DNA of 64,000 nt, taken from the human T2T-CHM13v2.0 reference genome, Homo sapiens. The stretch is taken from the NCBI RefSeq assembly GCF_009914755.1, contig NC_060940.1. One strand, written 5' to 3'. This document shows, piece after piece, positions 51,229-64,000 of this stretch (the first letter of the stretch is position 1; every line of letters starts with the position of its first letter). A program made the position numbers and the translations under genes. The notes under the pieces were generated by a model. It ran no database searches. It saw nothing but the letters and a program-made list of their open reading frames with translations, and had not been told where the DNA came from.

Positions 51229-51319
51229 CTCAACCTCAGGATTAAATCCTCTGAATGACATTCTTCCATAGAGAAGATCTTCACATAGTAAGAAACTCTG
51301 CTCTTCTATTATGAAACTC
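51229..51319 (-). CDS. MPHOSPH6: MPHOSPH6 coding exon 3 (91 bp): (E)SFIIEEQSFLLCEDLLYGRMSFRGFNPEVE
   Basis: ttcccatttag acceptor and GAG|gtatta donor. In frame with neighbouring exons and contains the MPP6 GRMSFRGFNPEVE motif. Confidence 0.97.
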
Positions 51320-52785
51320 CTAAATGGGAAAATAAAAATAGCATTTCTCCATATATAAAGCACAGCAAACAAAAGCCAACACTTTGAATAAAAAAAATAA
51401 TCAACCTATGGTTCTCAGTAGAATGAAGTAAAAATACAGTAAGATTTCTAACTTAGGGTTAAAAATAAAATCTGATTAATTTGGTCAGCAAAGGCATTAG
51501 GAGACAAGAGCAGCAAGCTAGAGGCACAGCCTCTCTTAAACACCACATTTAATTTGCATAAATATCTACATAATATAAAGATCTAAAGTATTGACAATAA
51601 ACTTGAATTTGCCAAAGTTGAAGCAAAGTTTCTTTTGTGTTTACATCCCCTCACCATATTTTTTTCCAATTCTTTTTCAGAAAGGAAATAATATGTATGT
51701 AAAAATACACATACAGTATACAGTGACACACTACTCCAAATCATTTTAATAAAGTTTCTGGCATATTTTGTCTTTCGTTCTCAGGGATTTCAAAAATTCC
51801 ATTCTCTAATTATCAAAGCAGCACATTTTAAGGAACGTAATTTGGAAAGCAGAATAAAGTATGAGTTTATAAACTGCCTGTAAGCTCCTTACCAAGAGGA
51901 TAAAAAGGACTGTTAGTATATTTGAATATTTCCTTCCAGTCTTTTTTGTACTTGCATTTACGTTGATTCTTGAACACAGGTCTGAGCTGTGTGGTGCACT
52001 TATACACAGATTTTTTTCAAAAAATTTCAATAGTTTTTGGGGAACAGGTGGTTTTTTGGTTACATGGATAAGTTCTTTAGTGGTGACTTCTGAGATTTTG
52101 GCCCCCACCAAATTCTTATTACAAATCCAGGAGAAGTAGTGGGAAATCAGAGGCTTGAGCAGCTTTAACAGTGTTATCAGTCAGAGCTCTTAGCTATAAA
52201 CACCAAAGGCTGACCCTGGATGACTTCAGCAGAGAAGGAATTTACTGTAAGAACACTGTAGGCTCTTCATTTCCAAGGGGGACTGGTTCCAGGACCCCTT
52301 GTAGATATCAAAATCTGTGACACAAAGAGCCAGCTGTACTGGGCATCTCAGAATCACCGGGAAGGCTGAAGGGGCAGAATTGGAAGACGGGCAGAAATAA
52401 CGGTCGCTAGGTGGTTGCACCAGAACCAAAATCATGCTAGAGAATGACCCTAGGAAAACCACTGTTGCTGCTGACGGGGCTGAGCACGACACCACTGATG
52501 GCATTGGGGCAGGTTGCGTTCCCTGGACCAGGATGTTTCTGTCTGCAGCAGAATTTCTCTGCTGAGTCACCACCACATGACCGTAAATCCAAGGTGACAT
52601 ATCTATCTCCAGCCTGGCCATAAACCCTAAAGCATGGCAGGAAAGCAAACATGTGGCTTTTAAGGCTTGTTTGCCGGAGTAGGCTCTGATTCTCATAAAG
52701 ATTCCCTTATGCAACAAACACTTATTAAACCAAACTGTGTGTATTAAATCAAACTGCGGAAACAGCCACCAGTAAAAGAGCCTCA

Positions 52786-52950
52786 GCTGGGCACAGTGGC
52801 GGATGCCTGTAGTCCCAGTTACTCAGGTGGCTGAGGCAGGAGAACTGCTCGCATCCCAGAAGTGGAAGTTGCAATGAGTCAAGATTGTGCCACTGCACTC
52901 CAGCCTGGGTGACAGTGTCAAACACTCACCTCCAAAAAAAAAGAAAAAAA
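52786..52950 (+). mobile_element. Alu right monomer (FRAM/AluJ-like)
   Basis: Single arm plus A tail. Confidence 0.75.
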
Positions 52951-55431
52951 AGGAGCCTCTGCTCTCCTGGAGGTTACAGTCTATAGAAAGAGGGGCCAAA
53001 TAATGAATGAAACATGAAACATTTATATCACACAATGGATGAAAATAAAGCAGGTTATTCCATCCCTAGCTGTAGGGGAGTAATTGGTATGGAACTAGCT
53101 TTCCTGCACCATAATTATATAAAACAGGACAAAATATAAAATGACCATTTTCAGATAATGAACAAATCCAAGCATATGACTGTGATGCCTGAGAGAAGAA
53201 AATCAAATGAAGTAGACCCCATGAATGCGGAGCTTTCTGCCTGGAGGCAATTTCCAGATTGTGGAGCAGGGAGTGGGGGACTCACACAAAACCCTGTCTT
53301 GCTGAGCTTAAGAGACAAACTGTTTCATTGGGGCTTTAGTTGAAAAAAATAAAGGCACAAACTGAAGTTTGGGGTTATGGTGGTGGCTGGAATATCTGGG
53401 TGAGGATACCACTGAAAGGGAGCTACACTATGGAATTCAGGACCTGCATACTGGGTTCCCTTGAATCTTTGGCTGACCATGAAGCTGCACATGTGCAGGA
53501 TGAGTCTTTAGACTTAGGGAAAAAGTAACTGCTGGAGAGATGATTTCTGGGAGAACACCTGCTGCATTAGCTTCCTGTGGCTGCTGTAACAAATTTAAGC
53601 TGACAAAATTGGTGGCTTAGAGCAACAGAATTTATGCTCCTACAGTTCTGTACAAAATCCAGATGTTAGTAGGCCTGGGATCCCTCCAGAAGCTTCCACG
53701 GTTACAAGGCCTTCTGTGTGTCAAATCTTCCTCACCTCTCCTCCTTATAAGGAAAAGTGATTACATTTAGGGCCCACCCAGATAATCCAGGATAATCTCT
53801 CATCTAAAGATCTGTAATTTACTCATATACCAGCAAGGTAAATTTTGCCACATAAGGTAACACTCACAGGTTTCAGAGATGAAAACCTAGATATTATCTG
53901 GGAGACCATTTTCCAGCCTACCATACCTGGGGAAAAAAAATTTACCCTGCAATTGCATGTTGAAGAAATAACAGAGCTTGCACAGAGCAAGGAAATGTTT
54001 GAGTTCTGCCTAGCCAGAGAGGAGAGAACAAGCTAAACACTCTGTGATATTTAGTAGAAAGGCCACACCTTAGGAGTAGAGACAATTTAGCTACAAAACA
54101 CACCCTAACAAAATCAAGCTGATTGGCATGTAAGTCAACTGCCTAATGAAACAAAATTCAACACTCTATTAAGAAAAATAACAAAATCCAGGTAGTCAGC
54201 AATGTAATACATACAAATGTACAGCACACAATAAAAAATTCCTAGACATGCAAGGAAGCAAGAAAATGTAATCCCCTCATAGAAAGAAAGAAAACAACTG
54301 AAAATGAAATTAGTAGAAATGGACTTTAGAATAGTTACTGTAAATTTATTCAAGGATTTAAACGAAAACATGCATGCAATGAAGAAAGAAACAGAAAGCC
54401 TGAATTAAGAAATAGAGACTGCAAAAAAACACCAATAGAACTTATATAATTAAGGGAAAAAACAATTTAAAAAAATAAATTATATAACTGAAAAAAAAAC
54501 TGCAGTGAAAAACTGGATCAGTCCTATATCTATCAAATAAATGGAATTCATTACTAAAAATCTTTTCACAGAGAAAGCTTCAGATCCAGATGGCTTCACT
54601 GGTGAATTTCACCAAGCATTTAAGGAAGAAATAATTTCAATTTTACACAAACCAAGAACTAAGAAGAGGAGGTAGGAACACTTTCCAACTCATTTTATGG
54701 CCAAAACCAAAGACATTACAATAACTCTACAGTCTAATATCTTTTTTAAATATAGATGTGAAAATCATCAATAAAATGTCAGCAAATTGAATTTAAAAAT
54801 TTTAAATGTTACATATGAAGACCAAGTAGAGTGTATGTCAGAAATACAAGGCTGTTCTGATATTCAAAAGTCAATAGTTTTCAACACATTAACAAAATAA
54901 AAATCATGATCTTCTCATAAGAAATTATTTGACAAAATTCAACATCATTTATGATGAAAACCCTCAGCAAACTACGAAAATAAAGGAGTATCTCTGACCA
55001 CTGATCAGGGGCATTGACGAAAACAGCACTTCATGTGTAATAGAGAGAAAGTAAATGCTTTCCCAACTGTGATCAGAAACAATTCAAGGACTACTCTTGT
55101 CGTTTCTATTCAATACTGTATTGGGTCCTTAGCCATGAAATAAATCAACAAGAGGAGATAAAATGTATAACTGTCTTTTTTTGCAGATGACATAATTATG
55201 CATGTAAACAATCTTAAGGAATCCACAAAAAAACTACTTGTCAGTGAGTCAATTTAGCATTACAGAATACGAAGTCAACGTACAACCTTCAATTTCTACA
55301 CACCCCTCCACCCCATACATACACACAACAAATAAGTTTGAAAAAACTCTATTTATGATATATAAAACTATGACAGACTTAGAGATAAACAATGCAATAA
55401 GCAAAGAAAATTTTTTCAATAAATGTTAATA

Positions 55432-55741
<310 letters not shown>

Positions 55742-56589
55742 TTATCTATGAAAGACATGTCCTTTGATTTCTACCTCATGCTGTACACAAAAAGTTAGAG
55801 GCAAACCATGGATAAAAATGTCAGCACTATAACTACAAAATTTCTAGAAGAAAACAGAAAATATCTTACCATCTTGGCATAGCCAATGATTCATTAGACG
55901 AGAGTCATAAGGAATTAACCATAAAAGAAAAAATTGATAAAATAGAAACTCATCAAAAGACAACATTAACAGGCTAGAAGAAAATATTCACTATATATAT
56001 ATGTGGCAAAGAACTTGTATTCAGAACATAAATAACTCCTACATGCACAGATGTATGTAAGTTTTGTCTCAAAAAAACCCTAGAAACACTGAGCTTGAGT
56101 TAATGATGTGCATGCTGCAATATTTCAGAAAGAAATATACTGATGTCTGCAACTTACTGCATCAAAAATACAATAAACTGATGGCTGGATGGGGGATGAA
56201 CAAATATGTGATATAAAATATTTAAAAAAACAAAACAAAAACAAAACTTTCTCAATTTTTAAAATGGCCAAAATATTTGAAAAGGCACTTCACAAAGGTA
56301 GATATGGAAATGGCCAAAAAGGAAGAAGTTCTTCAACATTATGTCATCAGGAAAATGCAAATTAAAAACCATAATAAGATGCCACTAAAATAGTTAAAAG
56401 TAAAAAGATACATAACTCCAAATGTTGGACTCTCACACTTCCTTAGTGAAAGTGTAAAATCATAGAACAAACTAGTCTGAAAATTTCTGTTAAAGTACAA
56501 TTCCACAGTTACAAAAGAAATGAAAACATAACAAAACAAAACTTGAGTATGAATGTCATACCAGCTTTATCCATAAGCGTAAAAAAACA

Positions 56590-56890
56590 GGCTGGGTGTG
56601 GTGCCTCATACCTGTAATCCCAGCACTTTGGGTATCCGAGGCCAGCGATCACCTGAGATCAGGAGTTCAAGACCAGCCTGGCCAACATGGTCTCTATTAA
56701 AAATAAAATTAGCCGGGCATGGTGGTGCACGCCTGTAATCCCAGCTACTCCGGAGGCTGAGGCAGGAGAACCGCTTGAACCTGGGAAGCAGGCTGCAGTG
56801 AGCCGCGGTTGCGCCAGTGCACTGTAGCTTGGGCAACAGAGCGAGACTCCATTTCAAAAAAAATAAATAAATAAAAATAAAAAAATAAAA
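56590..56890 (+). mobile_element. AluS
   Basis: Dimer with an A-rich tail. Confidence 0.88.
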
Positions 56891-58011
56891 AACTGGAAAC
56901 AACCCAATCATGAGTTCTTTAACATTATTAGTCATCAGGAAAATGCTAATTAAAAACCACAATGAGATGCCACTAGAATAAAATTAAAAAGATATCTAAC
57001 TCCAAATGTTGAACTCTCATACTTCCTTAGTGAAAGTGTTATAACACTTCTCTATTAATGTCCATTAATAGAAGAATGAATAGATATACCGTGGTGTATC
57101 TGTAAAATGAAATACCACTTAGCAACAGAAACAAATTACTGATGTTCCAAAACAAGGATGAATATCCAAAACATTTTGCTGACACAGTTAAGCACATATT
57201 GCACAATTCCTTTTTTATGAAGTTCAAGAACAGACAAAATTAATCTACGGTTTAAGAAATCAGAACAGTGCTTGCATCAGAGCAGGAGTGAGACTGACTA
57301 GAAAGAGGGATGAAGATCTTTACGTGATGATGGAAATGTTTCCTTGATAGGAGTATGGTTTACAAAGATGCATGCACTATCAAAACACATACAGCTGTAG
57401 ACTTAAGTACATTCCACTGAATGCAACCACCACCCACACACCCACACGTGCACACAGTTTAAGGGGAGATACTGAGGGCAGACTAGAGGAGAGGCGTCTT
57501 TTAAAAGAGTGGTCTGGATAGGCCTCTTGTCAGGGGTGACATCTGAGCAAGGACCAGGAGGCAGTGAGGAAGCAAGATATGAGGATGCCCAGGTGAAGAA
57601 CACCTGAAGTCCCCATAAGTGGGGGCCCTGAGAAGGGAATCTAACCTGCCTGAGAAACATAAAGCCCCTGCAGTTGGAATGGAGACAATGCAGAGTAGTA
57701 GCAGGAGGTCAGAGTTACTTGCATGATAACATTAAGATGTCATCTTTTACTGTGTTGACATTTGCAGACTGTGCAAAAGCAACTCTGGGTAAAACGAATC
57801 TTAGCATGAGTGAAAGCAGCAGTGATACCAGACTACCCTGGTAGTTACATTCTTCACTGCCAGGCCCTCACAGTTCAAAGAAAAATGCCAGTTTCACATT
57901 AGAATGTTCTTGATGACACAGCACAAATTTATTTCTGTTAATCTTAGCCCTCAATTACTTTAAAAAATATTCGGTATACGAAATTGAAACTCTATATATA
58001 AGATACTTCTT

Positions 58012-58401
<390 letters not shown>

Positions 58402-59216
58402 TCAATGTCACACCGTAACTATGGTTTTGCGGGTTTGGGTTCTTTGGCAGACATTTTCTTGAAAATAAATAAAGTGAACCTGACACTTCAAGGGGAATAA
58501 CTGACACTATTTACTGCCAATAACAAAATTCAAGCTTTCAAGCAAAAGTTAGAATTCCGAATAGCTTTTATCTGTCATCTTGGGCTTGATAGCTTCCCAA
58601 CACTTAAAAGACTTTTCTGTTGAAACCCACGGTGATACTAATGAATGTGATTTTTGATATTGTATAACAAGATGAGTTAACACTGGGAAAATCTATACAA
58701 CTCATTTTCCAAATGACAGATGCAGGATGTTAAGAAATCATATACAGGTAAAAGATCTATTTGGAATACAAGACAGACCAAGACATGAAAAATTCACTGG
58801 TGTTTTCAGATTCCACGTTGCAATTTACTCTGAAGAAACTACTACTGACTGAGTTTTGGAGTTGTACCAAAGAATTATCTGAAAAGGCCATTGAGATACT
58901 CCTCTCTTTTCAACTGTATCACCTGTGTGAGGGGGATTTTCTTTATATACTTCAACCAATACAACATGCTTTAACAGGCTGACTGCAGGCGTTCAGAGTC
59001 TAGCTGTCTTCTATTATGCCACAATGTTAAAGAGATTTGCAAAAACAGAAAACAGTGCCACTCTTCTCGTTAAATTTTTTGTCTTGAAAAAGTTATTTGT
59101 CATTAAAAATGTGTTAGGTAATGAATTTGTTATTTAAATAATTTTTAAAATTTCTTACATAGTAAATATTAACAAATATAAATCACACAAAACACTCTTT
59201 AGGTGTTCTAAATAAA

Positions 59217-59510
59217 TTTTTTTTTTTGAGATGGAGTCTCATTCTGTTGCCCAGGCTGGAGTGCAGTAGCGCAATCTCGGCTCAATGCAACCTCCGCCTC
59301 CTGGATTCCAGTGATTCTCCTGCCTCAGCCTCCTGAGAAGCTGGGACTACAGGCACACGCCATCATGCCTGGCTAATTTTTTTTGTATTTTTAGTAGAGA
59401 CGGGGTTTCACCATGTTAACCATGATGGTCTCGATCTCCTGACGTCGTGATCCGCCTGCCTCGGCCTCCCAAAGTGCTGGGATTACAGGTGTGAGCCACC
59501 GTGCCCGGCC
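59217..59510 (-). mobile_element. AluSc-type
   Basis: TSD agg(t/a)gttctaaataattttt. Confidence 0.9.
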
Positions 59511-60594
59511 TAGGAGTTCTAAATAATTTTTATAAATGCAAATAGCTTCTGAGTTCCAAAACTCTGAGAACCACTGTGATTTTGGTTCCTCTCTCACTGG
59601 CCCTCTAGTCTGGCTAGAAACTCACTTACTTCAGAACCGCCTCTCCCTGAGGGAATCTAAATTTGGGCACAGAACTTGCTGTTCAGCTTTTTCTATGAAC
59701 TTGGGATTCCCTCTCAATTGCCCAATCTTATTCCTTATAGAGGGAGCAGCTGATGAGACCTCCTCAATTCCAAAGTAAATCATCTCTCTCAGGAAAGCAC
59801 CATACATCAAAGCTTTCACTTAAGGCAAAGGAGGGACCCAGAGAAAGACAACCTCCAGAGGTCAGGACTGGATTCAGAGCAGGACTACTGGCCCCTCAGA
59901 GGTTTTTCCCACGGGTTTGCATTGACACCGTATCTTTAATATAAAAAGGAGCACAGGTGTTTTGTATCTACATGCATGGTTTTAAGAATTAGAAAAATTA
60001 ATTACAGAGTTGGCAAGCAAGTGAAATATTTCAAAACTTACCTCTTTTTGTATTTTAATTATCCAATTTTCATTAATGAGGATAATTTTCAGGCTAAAAC
60101 ACACCCACAAAATTATTTCATAAATTTCGCAGATGAGAAACTACTGCTCAGAAAAAGCTGGACTTGCCTAAAGCCACAAATACCATGGCAAAACTCCAGT
60201 TAGAAAACCCTTCTCAGTGGGTCTCACATTCCTGCACATTTTTTGAGTGAGGCACTAACTGCCCGGTTGCTCTGGACTATCTTTGCAAGGATATCTGCAT
60301 AGCGAGCAGCCTTGAAAAACAGTCTTCCTCTAAAGCGAAGGGCAGATTTGCTTACTGTCCAGCATAATACAGATGCCTCTCTTGGGGCCGAAGGCAAGTC
60401 TGCTTGTGGTCCGTTATCCAAGGTTCCAGTTTTCTAAGCTCAGGAGATCTCAGCTATGATGCAAATCCACTGGGTGCACAGCATCCACCTGGGCCACTTC
60501 ACGCCATCCCTCATAGGAGTTGGGGACAAAAGAGAAATGACGCAAACTTGATGCTTGTGCTGCTTGCTGTACAGTAAGTCCTTTGTTTCTGATG

Positions 60595-61089
60595 GTGTTC
60601 AGGAGACACTACTCCCAAAATATGGCATCTTGGCATACTGAAAATTTTACACTGGAGGAATCTGAAAAATGACGTGCAGGTAGGATTTTCTGACTGTCCC
60701 CTGAAGCAGGTCATAAAAGCATCTCACATAAGAGGTGCCCTCCCTACACTCAGAGGAAAGCAACATCCTTATCTCAGAAGAAGGGACAGAGAGAGGAATC
60801 TGAACAAAAGACTTGCTAAGTTTCTCCTGGCTTATTACTCTTCGTTCATACCCCTTGCTCCCATCATATTTCTTCACAACTTTCCACTCTTCATCAAAGC
60901 TAACATAAAAACACTCAGGTTCAACCAGTTCTTCGGTATTCATTTTCTTATGAAGGCTCCTGTGTCACCTAAAACTTTTGTGAAATAAAAGTGTATACCT
61001 TTCTCTTTGTTAATCTGTCTTTTGTTACAGGGACCCCAACTAATGAACTTCAAATGGGTGGAAGGAAAGGCTATTGTCCCTCCCCTACA
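60595..61089 (+). mobile_element. ERV1 solo LTR (MER34/MER39-like), nested in an older LTR
   Basis: ctactcccaaaatatggca...tgaaggctcctgtgtcac...ttgttaatctgtcttttgtta...cccctaca. Confidence 0.6.
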
Positions 61090-63886
61090 TCTCAGACCCA
61101 GAAGGTTCCTATCTTCCACCAGCATCAGTGAAAGTGTGGCAGGCTAACTTGTTAGTTTCAGGTCCCTATAGCTTCTGACTCCAAACAGACCACAAAACAC
61201 AAGTATAAGATGTACAATAGCCAAAAATACTTCTTAAACAACTTGCTACGGCAAAGGAGGAATTAAACTGCCTATACTTGCACACTCTTTCTGGACCATA
61301 TCCTTGGGGAAAAAAACAATAAGGCAATAGATAGCAAAATCTTTCATCTGGTAAATTTCACTCCTAGGAATTCACACTATATCGGGTTCCCTGGAAACAG
61401 ACTCTGAGACAGACATATATGCAGAAAACTTAGCAGGCAGTGTTGTTCAGCAGATGCCCTTCTAGGAAAACAGAGAAAGAAGGATTGGGCAGAGGGAGAA
61501 GATAATGGGCAATGTGGCTACACTAAGGCCTCAGCCACATATGAGAGCTCTGGAGTCAGGAATGCCCTTCAGTTGTTCCAAGTTGAGGCACAGCAGCTAG
61601 ATCATCATTCCCCTACATGGTCTAGCCACTGGCTAAAAGTGTCCCCTGTGAGGCAGTGTTAACACTGAATAGCCCTAATTATCTTCACTGAATTACAGAC
61701 TGATACGGCTGACATTAAAAATGGGAAAGTCGAGACTTTCAGAGCACAGACACATGCAATCTCCAAATTCACAGAATAGTTAAGACAACACTAGCAAAAA
61801 AGGATACACAAACATAAGTGAGTAGAAAGGAATGGGTGTACTTCATATATTCAGATATAAGGAAATACACACAATGGTGACAATCACTGTGCTTTATGCC
61901 TGGTGTTATGGTGACTGTTTTACATATATTACCTCATCTACTTCTCGGAATGTACTGGACAGGTACTATCATCATACCCAATACACAAATGACACAAAAC
62001 AGGTTAAGTAACTCACCCAAGGTGACAAGTAAACAACTGGCGGAGCTGGGCATCAAACCCAGGTCTGCCTGACTTCAGAGCCCATGTGCTTAATCAACCA
62101 ATCCATTCCATGATCTCCCTATTTAGAGTGTTAAAAACAACAACTCAATACAACACGTATACCAAGGACATGTCATCCATTCACCCCTCCAGACCTACTT
62201 CCCGTCTTCACCTGTTTCTCTGGCCTGGGAGGCTGACTTGAACGTAATGCACGGAAGGGCTCCTTTGCTGCCAGGTACCTGGCTCCCTTGCTAGGATGAC
62301 CTTGGGCTGGCCGTACCCGTGAATGGAGGTAGCAGCTCCTGTAAGGTGCTCTCTCTACACAACTTATCTGCAGATTCGGTAGCAGCTATTCCCCACCCAC
62401 CCGTTGACTCTGCAAGCTCAGGTGGTAATCACTCCCACTACACATGCTAGGAGGTGCTGCACTGCCCCGAGGGGCCCCCCTATGCCCCACCCACACCTTG
62501 ATAGTCTCTCCTCAGTCTGAGAGTGTCATCTTCTCCTGCCAACATCCTGAGCTGATATACACACCTATACATAAACAGGATGCTGAGTAATGGCAAAAAG
62601 GCATTATTTACCTTCCCAGAAAGAAATGTAAAGGTCATTTTCTGGGAATAATATGCTGTATTAGGGGAAAAATACTGGAAACAAGATAGAAACAGTCCTG
62701 CTCTTTAATAAACAACTGGAAGGAACACTTTGGCAAGTTTACTTAAGGCATAAAAGTAAATTATAGCTCCAGCAGCAAAGGTCCCTTCCTCCCTGTGACC
62801 CTGCCCCTGGCACTATCTTCTCCCTCCTCACCAACATCTTGCTTCCTCTGAGAAGCAGAGAAAAAAAGTACCTTCTCCCGATCCCTCCTGGTGGGACATA
62901 CTTTCTATCTTTAGAGAAGGGTATCTAACCTTCAAACAATGTCCAGAGGTCAGCCAAATGAACAGGGGAATATAACATTCCAAATCAAAGCCCAAACATC
63001 AGGTACAGAATGGAAACACATAAATGTGCCTCAAGACAGTAAGCAGCATCTTCAGTCATTTGACCAAAGTTTAAGTAAAACTACCATACAACAGAGCTTA
63101 CTAAGGTGAGGAAAGTATCAGGGAAAAATGAAAAATAGCTTCCAGAAGGATTCAGCTAAATTAATGGATGAAATAAATCCAACACTCCTTCATTCAAAAT
63201 TGTTGATCAGGCACCAGCCAAGCTTAGGGGTGGGCCAGAAACTGTCTACCCCAGCCTTCAGCACTGACTAGCTGGGTGAAGCTGGGCAAGTTACCCTCCC
63301 TTAAGCTCAGTTCCTCAACTACAAAGTGACAGAATCATAGGAGGCAGTTCCTAAGTTTGCTACGAAGATTCAATAACTACAGATGTAAAGTGTTTAGCCC
63401 AGTTCCTGGTACACACTATAGATTCAGTAAATGTTAGCTAAAATGGATGGTATTACAAGTAGTAACAATTTAAAAGAAGAAACAAAAACTTCTGACCTGC
63501 CTTAAAATGCTCAACCTAATGAACTCTGTAACCGAAACAAAACTGGAGAGACCTGAAGTACACCCCTAATCTTTAGAACTTAAGGTGATAGAGAGAACAT
63601 TACAGCTTCCCCAAAGGTCTGCTGTTACTATCAGAGATATGTGGGCTAGGTTCCTTCATTCAATGTAAAAAAGGACAAAATAGTGGCTGGGAGGGGGAGT
63701 AGTAAAAATGTATAAATCCATGTACAACTTCTATAGGTTTAATATTTTTTAGTTGTGCTACTAAATCAATAAACTGAACAGAAACAATTTCATGGGCTTT
63801 ATGTCACCGGAATGATGAGTTAAATTTACCAGGAGTTTCCTTCTGAATGCCACAAGCATCATCAGTATCAATTTTAATAAACCTAC

Positions 63887-63999
63887 TCTTTCTCTTTAAG
63901 CTCTGGCAAATCCAAGTACCAGTGCTCTTCACTAATGATTTTCTTTTCTTCTTCTTCTAGTTGTTTCTTGGTTTCTGAGTCCAGTCCCCTTTGCATAAA
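63887..63999 (-). CDS. MPHOSPH6: MPHOSPH6 coding exon 2 (113 bp): FMQRGLDSETKKQLEEEEKKIISEEHWYLDLPELKEK(E)
   Basis: The minus-strand translation matches the recalled human MPP6 sequence. GT donor at 63886-63885. Base 64000 is presumably the G of the AG acceptor. The phase-2 end (GA) joins the G that starts exon 3. Confidence 0.97.
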
Positions 64000-64000
64000 C

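Noticed and set aside
52226-52717. 163-aa ORF in the MPHOSPH6 sense direction within intron 2
   Set aside because: Non-ATG start, overlaps MER2 and MLT1-like remnants, and no recognisable protein or exon structure.

Overview
Human/hominoid genomic DNA, almost entirely repeat-derived. The only host gene is MPHOSPH6 (MPP6, nuclear exosome cofactor) on the minus strand. Exons 2-5 splice in frame to FMQRGLDSETKK...KKMFLKPQD*, and exon 1 lies beyond the right edge. From recalled gene order this is 16q23.3, between HSD17B2 and the MPHOSPH6 5' end. The left 48 kb is intergenic. I found no convincing novel coding system, and repeat subfamily names are recalled, not searched. The best observations are structural. 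(1) A full-length but dead L1PA2/3 carries the same non-L1 9-mer at both ends, apparently its parent element's target-site duplication (TSD) copied by 5' and 3' micro-transduction. (2) A ~200-bp segment between two (TA)n tracts was inverted after an L1 inserted, as shown by an inverted TSD. (3) An ancient ~3-kb mitochondrial insertion (NUMT: D-loop, CYTB, ND6, ND5 end) replaces the middle of an old L1, which is itself nested in a MER4-group provirus, and an AluY sits inside the NUMT. (4) An ~860-bp inverted duplication was captured in that provirus. (5) There are smaller fold-back and templated duplications.
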